64,000 bases of DNA from assembly GCA_946612115.1 (NCBI GenBank), contig CAMOEI010000005.1, positions 23,462-87,461 of the forward strand. The letters are read 5' to 3'. The position numbers and the translations under genes are program-made. The notes below the pieces were generated by a model. The model was not told where the DNA came from. It was given only the letters and a program-made list of their open reading frames with translations, and made no database searches. The stretch comes from an uncultured Bacillales bacterium. GTDB taxonomy: Bacteria; Bacillota_I; Bacilli_A; RFN20; CAG-826. This document shows, piece by piece, positions 1-9,566 of this stretch (the first letter of the stretch is position 1; each line of letters starts with the position of its first letter).

Positions 1-1518
1 CAACTGTGATATCGCTCATTTCAGCAGGATTAATCGTAAATGAAACTGTTTTCGTGACAGTTGGATATCCACTTGCTTCAATTTTTACATTGATTGAGTA
101 AGTTCCAGCATCAGTAGGAGCAGGAACTGTACTGCTATATTCAGTTTCACTACCAACTTTATAACCAACAGTGTAGCCGGAAGAAGGTTCAGTGACTGAG
201 ACGGTTAAGGCAACATGTGAGTTTCCATCATAAGTAACTGGGTCAGATGCTGTAACTGTACATTCGATTTTACAGAATTTAATTCTTTTATAATCGCCAT
301 AAGTTGTTGCTGTCGAAGTAGCAGCAATTGTTGCTTGACCGGTTGTTCCTTCATAATTTGTCCAACCATTACCATCATAAGCGTTCTTTAGTTTTCCATT
401 TAACGCTCTGGTCTTGCCATAAGCTAAAAGCAAAGTCACATCGCCTTTTGCATCATAGACAGCTCTGTTTTCGGTGTAATAGCTACTAAGTCCGTAGCTC
501 TTTCCGGAATTAGATGTTCCTCCAACAGCGGTGATTTTACCACTATTGAAAGTACATGTTCCATAGACCATTATTCCAGCCGATTCAAGACCTCCATTAG
601 AGGTACCACCAGTAGCGTTAACTACTGAATTATTAAATATAATATCTTGTCCATGTATTCCAATAGAGCCTCTTGGATTTTCGTCGCTACTACTTGCTGT
701 TGTTGTTCCACCAGTAGAAGTAATCGTGCTATTTGTAAATGTTGCTCTACTGGATGAAGAATTATAGACCTGCATACCGCAAGAATAATGGTCCGCAGTT
801 CCTCCAGTAGCAATAATCGTTGAGTTGGTGACTGTTGTATTATAAAAAACTTCCAGTCCATTTGATTCGGAATTTACTGTTTTTACCACTTCGCCACCAG
901 CAAATGTAACTTTACTATCGATAATTGAAAGAGATCCAAAAACATATAAACCAGTGCTTTTATATGCTGCCTGAGATGCAGAAAATGACACTTCGCAGCC
1001 ATTGACTGTTACGTCTCCGTTGGCGTAGCATCCATAGGCTCCACCATGATTAGTAATAGGTGAAGCTGATGTGAATGAAAGTTTAGTGTTTTCTGGAGCA
1101 TTTTCGGCTTTTGTAAATTCTACAGGATTATTAAATACCGCTCCGGCAACATCTCGATAATTATCCGAACTAAACAAATATCCCCTAATAGAGTTTACTC
1201 CTTTAAGTTTAACAACGAGTTTTTCAAAGCCTTCGGAATATAAGCTCGTATCATAATTTCCTGCATAAACTTGAGCTTGATGACCAGAATTACTATTGTA
1301 GACGAAATTATCCAAAGTTAATGTCTTGCTACTACTATCGTATGTCGCCGTACCACTAGAGCCTGTACAAACAGGATTAGTGAGCATGTTTTGCTCGCCG
1401 ATAAATAAAGCTTCCGCTGCGTATGCAGGTTTAACATCGCCTTGATGTGCACTCGCTAACGCTCCACCAACGGGTAACGATAACGCACCAGCAATTAATA
1501 ATATATTAATTTTTTTCA
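1..1518 (-). CDS. Secreted cell-surface repeat protein, N-terminal part (gene runs off window at pos 1). Signal peptide MKKINILLIAGALSLPVGGALA; repeated Gly/Thr/Ser-rich NSxITxTGGT segments; then MBG/YDG-type domains (…VTYDGNSHVALTVSV…, …GTYSINVKIEASGYPTVTKTVSFTINPA…).
   Basis: Continuous minus-strand reading frame from ATG at 1518-1516 (preceded by GGAGAAAATAT) to window edge. Missing from ORF track because it has no in-window stop. Motifs read directly from the translation. Confidence 0.6.
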
Positions 1519-1785
1519 TATATTTTCTCCTATACATAATATATGCATATATATCATATACTCGCGAGTGTCACAAAAGTGCCACACTTTTTATATATAA
1601 AATAGTGTCATCCACTCTTAGTCGATCTCAAGTTCGCCAAAAATAAAATATCCTCTAGATAACTCTATGGGATATTTGGGGTGGTTTACCTTATTTGATA
1701 CAATTTTCCCCTATTTGAGTTTTTGTCCCATATCGAAGAACACATTTATTATTTTTCACCAATTTTAATAGAATTAATCAGTTTT

Positions 1786-2119
1786 TTTCATCATCAAAGT
1801 CGTCATAATCACCAACCATTCCTTCACGGTGGTAAACAACACCATTTTGTTCGTTTTTTAAACAATCCAATAATTCTTCAAGCCCATATCTTTTGATAAA
1901 AAGCGTAAATCCATAAGGTTTGATCTTTGACAATAATCTTTTTCATCATTTTTTATTACATTAAAAACAATGTGAATAATTATTTTCAATAGAATATTTT
2001 CTATTTTCACACCATGCTTTATCTGGACAGTCGCCGGAATTGCAACCACTGCATTGGTCGTTTTCACTGTATAAGCAGCGTGCTAATCCGCATCTAGCAA
2101 TTCCGACTTCTCTATTCAT
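1786..2119 (-). pseudogene. Probable degraded DUF3795-like Cys-rich (zinc-ribbon) gene. A 53-aa ORF MNREVGIARCGLARCLYSENDQCSGCNSGDCPDKAWCENRKYSIENNYSHCF* (1961..2119) continues in two other frames (1858..2067, then 1786..1857).
   Basis: Hand translation of the minus strand. The CGLxC…CxGC…C…WCE pattern resembles DUF3795 N-termini. The C-terminal part is reachable only through two frame changes at A/T homopolymers; there is no convincing SD before the ATG. Confidence 0.3.
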
Positions 2120-2140
2120 TGCCATTATACTTTAATTTAG

Positions 2141-2755
2141 TTAGTATCTCTCTTCTTCCGATATTGGGTAAAAATACATTGCTTTATCGTTTAATTCTTC
2201 GATATCAACCGGATCATCAAACTCTGAATATTTCTTAATATCAAAATTCCAAGGTTTATATATTCCTCTTTCTTCATCTTCTCCATCGAAGTCTTTATCT
2301 ATCTCACCTTCTAAATAAGCATATAAGGATCTTATATTATCTTCCCAAATGCCCATGCCTTTTGCATCCAGCACAAAACCAGTTGGAATATCTTCATCAT
2401 CTTCAAATTCTTTTGTCACGATGGTTTTATATATTTTGCAATCAAAATCCCAACCATCACCTGTATCATAGACAAAAATGAACTTTTCAGGCAAATCTTT
2501 GATAGTTTTGTCTTTGAATGGCTCATTTCTAGAACTACCAAAACTATCCCATTGTTCCATCCACGATGAAGGAATATACGCTTTCTCTTTTGTGTGATAC
2601 ATAAAGAAATGTTCCATAGTGCCACCAAATACGTCGACCATTAATTCACCTAACTCTCCTAGGCCAATATCTTCTTTTACTAAAAATATGCGATAGAATC
2701 TACCTTTTGTTGCATATTTGAAATCCGCTCTAATTTTTAAATAATTCATCTTCAT
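2141..2755 (-). CDS. pRiA4b ORF-3-like family protein (PF07929-like)
   Basis: N-terminal YLKIRADFKYATKGRFYRIFLVKEDIGLGELGELMVDVFGG and central FIFVYDTGDGWDFDCKIYKTIV match the family's YxLKIxL…IWRRI… / F.YxYDFGDxWxHxI signature. 16 bp after the upstream gene, so same operon. Confidence 0.55.
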   Translation of the reverse strand: MKMNYLKIRADFKYATKGRFYRIFLVKEDIGLGELGELMVDVFGGTMEHFFMYHTKEKAYIPSSWMEQWDSFGSSRNEPFKDKTIKDLPEKFIFVYDTGDGWDFDCKIYKTIVTKEFEDDEDIPTGFVLDAKGMGIWEDNIRSLYAYLEGEIDKDFDGEDEERGIYKPWNFDIKKYSEFDDPVDIEELNDKAMYFYPISEEERY

Positions 2756-2770
2756 AATAATATTTGATTC

Positions 2771-4114
2771 TTATTTGATAACTTTCCAGTACCCTTTTTT
2801 GTTTGTTCCAACTCTTTGGATATACCCTTTTTCAACCAAAGACTCAAACACTCTCGATACCGTTCTTCTCGATATTTTAAGTTCCACTACTAAAGTGTCG
2901 TATGGAATACTTGGGTTATTTATAAGCTCTAACAACACCCTCTTTTCATTCTCGGTTAAGTCGTTGTTAAAAAGATTTTTGCCATCATTTTTGCCATCAT
3001 TTTTGCCACCTGTAATTTGACTGGCTACATCTTTGCTAAAAGGAATTATAACATTGATATATGTATCATGAATGTCAAAAGCCTCTTTTCCATATTTACC
3101 AATAATCTTAGGAATACCATGACCTGTATGTTCGACAATTCCAAGTTTTAAAAAGATTCTCATCAATACTGAATTTCTAGGGTGGCTAACACCATTAAAG
3201 AAATCATTCATCGTTATCTCTTTTGGAATACCACCATGAGAAGTAATTTCTAATCTATCTTTGTAAAAAGATACTAATGGCTCAGAAATAGTCCAATCGT
3301 TATGAACATATGCATTTACCAAAGCTTCATTAACACAGTCAATATCATATAAATATTTATCTACTCTTGGTCTCACTGTGGTATCGGTAACACATATGTT
3401 TTCAGCAATCAATCTATCTTTCAATCTTTGAAGACCTAATAAAATACTTTGATCACCATAATCACTTCTTTGAGAAATTGATGTTTTATCAGTTCCATCA
3501 AACTTAACGAAGATAACCGGCACCATATTTTTGTCAGATAATAATTCCGCCATCAAATTGTAAGAGCCATCTTTTCTTAATAAGTTAAAACTTTGTTCAA
3601 AGGATAACTCGTTAATATGGTATCCTCTGCTTGTTAAAAGAATCTTCATCATGTCAAAGGACAAAGGAGAATAATGGGCAGGTGCTTCTAAAATGAAATC
3701 ATTATCAATAAAATTTTTAGAATAACGATATTCAATTTCTTCTGAGCTCATTTCTTTACAAGTCGTGCCTACCCTAATAAGGCACCCTTTAGATGAATAA
3801 CCATATTTCTTAATACAGTAAATAGGTTTATATCCTTTAGGTACTGATATTTTTATTATTCTTTTGCCATCTTCACTTAATAAAGCGGTCGATATTTCGT
3901 TTTGTGGATTAGGTTCGATTTGCATTGTAATGATATCTGATATCTTTCTTTGAGTTTCATCTAAATCTTTATCTAAAATACCTAAGACATTACCCCAGTC
4001 AGTTACTCCAACAAAGATATCTCCACCATTCGCATTTAGGAAGGCAACAATATCTCTAACAATTGCATCAACATATTTTTCTTTTAATTCAACAATTTCT
4101 GATTCACGATACAT
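2771..4114 (-). CDS. Schlafen/AlbA_2-like divergent AAA domain + HATPase_c_4-like + C-terminal winged-HTH protein. Usually annotated 'putative transcriptional regulator / RecG C-terminal domain-like ATPase'.
   Basis: Translation MYRESEIVELKEKYVD…IVAFLNANGGDIFVGV (AlbA_2 start) … C-terminal ISRRTVSRVFESLVEKGYIQRVG (HTH). Start chosen at the internal ATG 4114 because GAGGCGAAAAT-ATG gives a good SD. The ORF-track start at 4174 lies in the promoter region. Confidence 0.6.
   Translation of the reverse strand: MYRESEIVELKEKYVDAIVRDIVAFLNANGGDIFVGVTDWGNVLGILDKDLDETQRKISDIITMQIEPNPQNEISTALLSEDGKRIIKISVPKGYKPIYCIKKYGYSSKGCLIRVGTTCKEMSSEEIEYRYSKNFIDNDFILEAPAHYSPLSFDMMKILLTSRGYHINELSFEQSFNLLRKDGSYNLMAELLSDKNMVPVIFVKFDGTDKTSISQRSDYGDQSILLGLQRLKDRLIAENICVTDTTVRPRVDKYLYDIDCVNEALVNAYVHNDWTISEPLVSFYKDRLEITSHGGIPKEITMNDFFNGVSHPRNSVLMRIFLKLGIVEHTGHGIPKIIGKYGKEAFDIHDTYINVIIPFSKDVASQITGGKNDGKNDGKNLFNNDLTENEKRVLLELINNPSIPYDTLVVELKISRRTVSRVFESLVEKGYIQRVGTNKKGYWKVIK
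2975..3010. repeat. 12-bp tandem repeat x3 (ATTTTTGCCATC x2 + ATTTTTGCCACC) inside the CDS, encoding GKNDGKNDGKN
   Basis: Seen directly in the sequence at 2975-3010. Confidence 0.85.
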
Positions 4115-4295
4115 ATTTTCGCCTCGCATCAAAATGATATCATATTTTTGCCATATTCTCAATATTTTTGCCAATATTTCCTTTTTATTTTTGACAAAAA
4201 TCTATCATGTTAAATCAATGAAGAGTCAAATCACAATAAAAAGTAACTAAAATAGAAAAAATCCCTGACATCAAATCAGGGATTAGAAACGATTC

Positions 4296-4372
4296 TGGGG
4301 CGAACGATGAGAATCGAACTCACGAGTGTCTGGTTCACAGCCAGATGTGTTAACCACTTCACCACGTTCGCC
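4296..4372 (-). tRNA. tRNA-His (anticodon GUG) with the extra 5' G(-1)
   Basis: Minus-strand read GGCGAACGTGGTGAAGTGGTTAACACATCTGGCTGTGAACCAGACACTCGTGAGTTCGATTCTCATCGTTCGCCCCA. Cloverleaf with anticodon loop CU-GUG-AA. Followed on the minus strand by hairpin AATCCCTGA/TCAGGGATT + T-run (4258-4285). Confidence 0.85.
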
Positions 4373-4427
4373 AAAACGCAAGATTTATATTAATAGAAAG
4401 GTATTATTTAATCAAGCGTAAGTTTTA

Positions 4428-5798
4428 TTATTCTGCTTTTAAGAAAGCAATATAACCTTTGTATGCTTCATAGACATCGGCTTTAGAGACGATTTCCATT
4501 GGAGCGTGCATATTTAAAACTGGAATTCCAGCGTCGATAACATTCATGTTGTTATTCGCCATAATGTAGGCAATTGTGCCTCCACCACCTTGGTCAACTT
4601 TACCAAGTTCAGCGTTTTGCCAGTGAACACTAGCTTCATCCATGACTTTTCTAATCCAAGCATAGAATTCTGCACTGGAATCATTACATCCAGATTTTCC
4701 TCTACTACCAGTGTACTTGTTAAAAACAAGACCTTGACCAAAATAGCAGGTATTATTAGCGTCAGCAACAGATGGGAATAATGGGTCAAAAGCAGCAGAA
4801 ACATCTGAAGATAAAACATCAGAATTTTCAATAGACACTCTAGCGGCCCATAATGGATCTTTTTCTCCAACTAATTCCGCTAATTTAGCGACAGCGTTTT
4901 CAAAGAACTTGGAGTGAGCGCCAGTCGCACCAACTGAGCCAATTTCTTCTTTATCAACTAAATAACAAACCGCGGTCTTACTAACGTTTTCAGCTTCCAC
5001 AAACGCCATTAAAGATGTATAGGCGCATGAACGATCATCATGTCCATATCCAGCAATCATTGATTGATCTAAACCATAGTCTCTAGCAGGTCCGGCAGGA
5101 ACGACTTCGATTTCAGCAGAGACTAAATCTTCTTCTTCAAAATCGTATTTATCTTTAAGAATCTTCAAGACATTTTTCTTAACAGCTTCTTTTTCTTCTC
5201 CTTCAAGAGGTTTACTGCCTAAAGTTAAATCTAAGGCTTCGCCTTCGATAACTTTTGAGGCAGGTTTTGTAAGTTGATCCGCACTTAAGTGGATAAGTAA
5301 ATCAGAAATACCAACGACTGGATCTTTTGGATCTTCACCGATATTTACTTCAACGGTTGAACCATCTTTTTTACAAACTACTCCGTGTAAAGCAAGAGGG
5401 ACAGTGACCCATTGATATTTTTTAATTCCACCATAATAGTGGGTATCGCCCATGGCAAAACCATTTTTCTCATAAATTGGATGTTCTTTTAAATCCATTC
5501 TTGGGGAATCTAAGTGAGCGCCTAACACTCTTAAACCTTCTTTAACTGGTCTAGAGCCAACTATAAAGGCCACAACACTTTTTCCTCTATTAACAAAATA
5601 GAGTCTATCTCCAACTTTCGCGGAGCTAACTTCTTCTGCTTTCTTAAATCCTTTGGATTCAAGAGTTTTGATAACTTCTTTAACCGCTAATCTCTCAGTC
5701 TTCGCGGTAGAAATAAACTTTTTATATCCTTCTGCGAATTTATAGACTTCTTTTTCTTCTGAAGCACTATAATCTTTCCAAGCATTTTTTCGATACAT
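4428..5798 (-). CDS. M18-family aminopeptidase (aspartyl aminopeptidase-like)
   Basis: 456-aa ORF. Motifs GAHLDSPRMDL, GYGHDDRSCAYTS and a C-terminal GGGGT…HAPMEIVSK pattern typical of M18/M42 aminopeptidases. Confidence 0.7.
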   Translation of the reverse strand: MYRKNAWKDYSASEEKEVYKFAEGYKKFISTAKTERLAVKEVIKTLESKGFKKAEEVSSAKVGDRLYFVNRGKSVVAFIVGSRPVKEGLRVLGAHLDSPRMDLKEHPIYEKNGFAMGDTHYYGGIKKYQWVTVPLALHGVVCKKDGSTVEVNIGEDPKDPVVGISDLLIHLSADQLTKPASKVIEGEALDLTLGSKPLEGEEKEAVKKNVLKILKDKYDFEEEDLVSAEIEVVPAGPARDYGLDQSMIAGYGHDDRSCAYTSLMAFVEAENVSKTAVCYLVDKEEIGSVGATGAHSKFFENAVAKLAELVGEKDPLWAARVSIENSDVLSSDVSAAFDPLFPSVADANNTCYFGQGLVFNKYTGSRGKSGCNDSSAEFYAWIRKVMDEASVHWQNAELGKVDQGGGGTIAYIMANNNMNVIDAGIPVLNMHAPMEIVSKADVYEAYKGYIAFLKAE

Positions 5799-5866
5799 AA
5801 TTCTACCTCCTTCTCAAGTAGTCAAATATCATAGCAAATTTTTCATCAAAAGATAAAACAATATGC

Positions 5867-7078
5867 TTAATCTTTTAATATTTCTGCTAGTCCACCAAGA
5901 CTAGTTTCTTTATATCGAGGGTTCATGTCTAACCCTGTTTTATACATCGTTTTAATCGAATCATCATAGCTGACATGAATATCATCATCAGGGATGACAA
6001 TCGCTAATTTAACAGCGTTAATTGCCTTAATGGCAAATAAAGCGCATCTTTCAATACAAGGGATTTGTACATATCCATCAACCGGATCACAAGTTAGCCC
6101 TAAAGAATGTTCTAGAGCAATCTCTGCAGATTGAACAACATCCACTGGATCTTTTCCAAAGCAGAAGGCAATCATCGCTGCTCCCATTGAGCAGGCTACT
6201 CCAATTTCAGCTTGGCAGCCACATTCCGCTCCACTAACTGAAGCGTTTGTTTTACAAACAATACCAAATAAACCAGCCACCATTAATCCTCTAATGATGT
6301 TTTCATCACTAACGCCTTTCATTCTAAGATATTTAATACATCCAGGAATGACTCCAGCGCTTCCACAAGTAGGAGCGGTAACAATAATTCCTCCAGCAGC
6401 GTTTTCTTCAGCGACTGCAAATGAGTGAATTGCGACATTCATCGCGACATCATTTTCTCCTAAGGCAGTTTCTTCCATCGCATCATACATCGCTTTGGCT
6501 TTTCTTTTGACTTTAAGTTTGCCTGGTAATAGACCAGTCGTGTTAAGTCCTCTTTCTACTGCCTCGTCCATCACCTTTAAGACACTAGCGAAATAATCAT
6601 GGATATCACTATCTTCGTGTTCGACAACATAGTCATAGAAAGAAAGGTTGTTCTTTCCAATATATTTCACGATTTCAGACATATGTTGCTCTTTATAGAT
6701 TTCTTTGGTAACTAAAGAATCAATGTTATCAACAGTGACAATACTCCCTCCACCTATAGAGACGACATTCTCACTATAAGTTCTTCCACCTTCACAGTGC
6801 ACTTTAAACGTCATCGTATTTGGATGTTTCTTTTTGGTGTGGTTATTGAAATTGATTTTATGAGGAATATCATTTAACGCTTTTCCAATAATAAAGTCAG
6901 TCAAGTGACCTTTACCAGTTAACGCTAAAGAACCGAATAAAGTGACATCAACCTCTTTGATGTTTTTATCCTTATATTTTTTTAAAATATATTGCGACGC
7001 AAAATATGGACCAATCGTATGTGATGAACTCGGTCCATGACCTGTAATAAAGATTTCTTTTATTGAACGTAATCCCAT
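5867..7078 (-). CDS. sdaA: L-serine dehydratase, iron-sulfur dependent (single chain)
   Basis: N-terminal GHGPSSSHTIGP motif and Cys-containing C-terminal half (TAPTCGSAG…SGAECGCQAEIG). Start taken at MGLRSIKEIF (ATG 7078), 1 nt after the upstream stop; the longer ORF-track start overlaps the lipoprotein gene. Confidence 0.75.
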   Translation of the reverse strand: MGLRSIKEIFITGHGPSSSHTIGPYFASQYILKKYKDKNIKEVDVTLFGSLALTGKGHLTDFIIGKALNDIPHKINFNNHTKKKHPNTMTFKVHCEGGRTYSENVVSIGGGSIVTVDNIDSLVTKEIYKEQHMSEIVKYIGKNNLSFYDYVVEHEDSDIHDYFASVLKVMDEAVERGLNTTGLLPGKLKVKRKAKAMYDAMEETALGENDVAMNVAIHSFAVAEENAAGGIIVTAPTCGSAGVIPGCIKYLRMKGVSDENIIRGLMVAGLFGIVCKTNASVSGAECGCQAEIGVACSMGAAMIAFCFGKDPVDVVQSAEIALEHSLGLTCDPVDGYVQIPCIERCALFAIKAINAVKLAIVIPDDDIHVSYDDSIKTMYKTGLDMNPRYKETSLGGLAEILKD

Positions 7079-7079
7079 A

Positions 7080-9566
7080 TTAATCCTGATAATAAACAAC
7101 CATCGATGTAATTTTGATATAGTCAGTGTTGCCTGTTGAATAAACCCCAACTTCTTCTTCGATTACTGTTGTTTCATATGTTGAAAACACTAAAGTTGTG
7201 TAATCTTTAAACGAACGATAATAACTATAATTCAAGCTTGTAAAATAACCAAATCCAGAAAAAGATGCAGTATAGAAAGTAACTCCGACGATTGGTTTAG
7301 CATAACTAATAGAGAATTTAGTTTTGTCTTTTAATTTGAGATAATTGACATCTCTTTCAATTGTGCCTTTGCTTGTAGATTCATTTCTAACAGTAATTCC
7401 GTTTTGGCTCCACTGTTGATAAACGCCATCTTCTCTAGTACATGTTGCCACATCTGTATCAAAGGTAATCGTTTCTTTTTTAGCGTTATAAAAACCAGTG
7501 GAATACACTAAATCTTCAAAGACATTAACTCTCCACATATTCTTACCGTCAACATTATCTAAATACGCCAAAGTGAAATAGACTGTAAACTTACATTCTT
7601 TTACTTCCTCTTCAGTTTCACAAAGATTAATTAACAAGGCATCAAAGACTTGTTTGTAGTCTAAGTTTTCGTTGAAGACACCTAAGGCATTATGATTTGC
7701 AGCGTTAACTTGACTGCTACCAGTTGTGTAGCATTTGCTAGAAGCATCATAGTAATAAGAACTGCTAAGCGTATATTTATTTAAAGCGTATTGAGAAACA
7801 TACACTTCTGCTTCATAAACAGTGAGTTCGCTTTTCTTATATGATTCACCTGAATGAGTGGAAATTTGATAAAAACTCGATAAATTTTCCACTTTTGTTG
7901 GTAAATTCATGAAATCATAGATCGTTGGCTCATCAACTGAATTCTCAATTACTTTAAGAATTCTTAATGATGGTCTACCTTTATACATCGACTCAAATCC
8001 GATGATGTCATAGACTTGATCCTTCACTAAATTTGATCTAGCGTTATCATCAAGGGAATATACAGGAACAATCTTGCTATCGCTACCTAAAAATAGATAA
8101 CTACCTGCGGAATTATATTTATTAAAGTAGGTTAGTCCTGTCATCTTGACAATCTTGCTTGTACCATAACCTTTTGAGTTTGTTTTAGTGGACTCTAAAT
8201 CTGCTAATAATTCGCTTTGAGAACTGATGGTTTTTTCCACTAATGCGTCAACATTAACATTAACTTCTAAGGCAGAATTATATTTATAAGAATCGACTTT
8301 GATTTCAACAACATCATTTAAGAAAGCAATCTTACCTTCGACTTCGTAGCAAGATCCACTATTCATATATTTCTTCGCTGCAGCGTATAAGCTAACTGGA
8401 TTATTAGATGAAGTGCTGCTAGAAACTAGGATTGCTCCTGTTTCATCTGCGCATAAAACTTTTCCTCTAGCGTTAGCGTCATAGCCTGCTGTTGTATCTG
8501 CTGAATCAATACAATCGATAGCTTTAACTTGTAATTTAACAGTAGTGTCAGTCAAATACCATCCCACATTGTTAGGAGTGTATGAATATCCTTGAATTGA
8601 TTCGTAAACTTGTGCGACAGTGCTCACTCCATCGGTTGAAGGAATAATCTTTTCGCACTTGACACCTTTAACATCGATGTCTGTAAATCTAATCTGATCA
8701 TTAGCAATGAATTTCACTGTCTTAGCTTCGCCTGTCCATACATATTCGGTTTCGTCAGAGTTATAACCGACTGACCCGCTGTCTGCAGAAACAGTGCCTT
8801 TATTAGAACCCGATAGAAGAATAAATGAGAGTCTCTTCAGTGTGATGCTTTCACTGGACACTGTAAGTGAAGTATTTGCGTAGAAACGAACATGCCAACC
8901 ATTTTTGTTATAAACTGATGGACCAATATTTGCGCTTTCCTTTTTGAAAGTATATTTAATTTGATCACTTGTGACAGTGATATTATCCATATTTTGTCCG
9001 CTGTAATCTTTCATATTATCGGCAACCGAGAATGTATATTCCACTGCAGTGTATTTATAGCCATCATCTTCAATATCAATATCACCCATATAGAAGGCAT
9101 ATTCATCATATGTTTCATATTTGATAACTGTGTTATTTCCAATTGATTTATAAGCGACGGTAAAAACCACTTTGTTGCTCGCATCTTTATAAACGGAAGT
9201 ATCCGAACCATAAAGCGAATAATTTAGTTTTGTTGCAGCTTGTTTATATAAAGAAGAAATATCTCCTTGAATTACCAATTCAAAATAAGAATACTCAAAC
9301 TCTTTGATTGAATAATCAAGAATCAATGATGAATTAACTTTATATTCTGGAATTACGACTCCTGTGACACCTTTATCTTCATAGAAAGCTAGGATTTCAT
9401 CAGTTGGGAACACCTTAGTGTCCACTGGATCATCTCCACCCGGAGTGTCTCCTCCTTCTCCAGGATCAGTTTCTCCTGGATTACTAGGAGCACTACTTTC
9501 TTTTGGAGTGAATGCACATCCCGCTAATAGGAAAATAGAAAATAAAATTGGTAATAACTTTTTCAT
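7080..9566 (-). CDS. Large acidic surface lipoprotein (lipobox LLAGC). Flexible PGETDPGEGGDTPGGDDP linker after the Cys. Function unknown.
   Basis: 828-aa ORF. Signal peptide + LAGC lipobox. Its stop overlaps the sdaA start and its start overlaps the cysE stop (ATGA). Confidence 0.6.
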   Translation of the reverse strand: MKKLLPILFSIFLLAGCAFTPKESSAPSNPGETDPGEGGDTPGGDDPVDTKVFPTDEILAFYEDKGVTGVVIPEYKVNSSLILDYSIKEFEYSYFELVIQGDISSLYKQAATKLNYSLYGSDTSVYKDASNKVVFTVAYKSIGNNTVIKYETYDEYAFYMGDIDIEDDGYKYTAVEYTFSVADNMKDYSGQNMDNITVTSDQIKYTFKKESANIGPSVYNKNGWHVRFYANTSLTVSSESITLKRLSFILLSGSNKGTVSADSGSVGYNSDETEYVWTGEAKTVKFIANDQIRFTDIDVKGVKCEKIIPSTDGVSTVAQVYESIQGYSYTPNNVGWYLTDTTVKLQVKAIDCIDSADTTAGYDANARGKVLCADETGAILVSSSTSSNNPVSLYAAAKKYMNSGSCYEVEGKIAFLNDVVEIKVDSYKYNSALEVNVNVDALVEKTISSQSELLADLESTKTNSKGYGTSKIVKMTGLTYFNKYNSAGSYLFLGSDSKIVPVYSLDDNARSNLVKDQVYDIIGFESMYKGRPSLRILKVIENSVDEPTIYDFMNLPTKVENLSSFYQISTHSGESYKKSELTVYEAEVYVSQYALNKYTLSSSYYYDASSKCYTTGSSQVNAANHNALGVFNENLDYKQVFDALLINLCETEEEVKECKFTVYFTLAYLDNVDGKNMWRVNVFEDLVYSTGFYNAKKETITFDTDVATCTREDGVYQQWSQNGITVRNESTSKGTIERDVNYLKLKDKTKFSISYAKPIVGVTFYTASFSGFGYFTSLNYSYYRSFKDYTTLVFSTYETTVIEEEVGVYSTGNTDYIKITSMVVYYQD

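Noticed and set aside
622-861. 79-aa ORF on the minus strand inside the surface-protein gene region (and similar short internal or antisense ORFs: 2416..2628, 2775..3020, 4544..4870, 4590..4781, 8961..9211, 11447..11668, 14804..15001, 16315..16503, 18035..18220, 19124..19570, 20011..20607, 21597..21842, 24954..25259, 27150..27624, 32587..32838, 36173..36409, 41748..41978, 42576..42824, 43521..43974, 44892..45212, 50481..50813, 51174..51368, 52449..52649, 56062..56506, 58073..58668, 59027..59236, 61106..61321, 62537..62833)
   Set aside because: Each lies entirely within, or antisense to, a longer ORF with clear protein-family signatures. They have low-complexity composition typical of off-frame translation of AT-rich DNA and no RBS.
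4115-4174. Longer N-terminus (MAKILRIWQKYDIILMRGEN) for the Schlafen-like gene, and similar ORF-track extensions for sdaA (7079..7150), miaA (53640..53678), cinA (59538..59582) and VanZ
   Set aside because: The extensions overlap upstream genes, terminators or promoter elements and lack SD sequences. Internal ATGs have good SDs and give conserved family N-termini.
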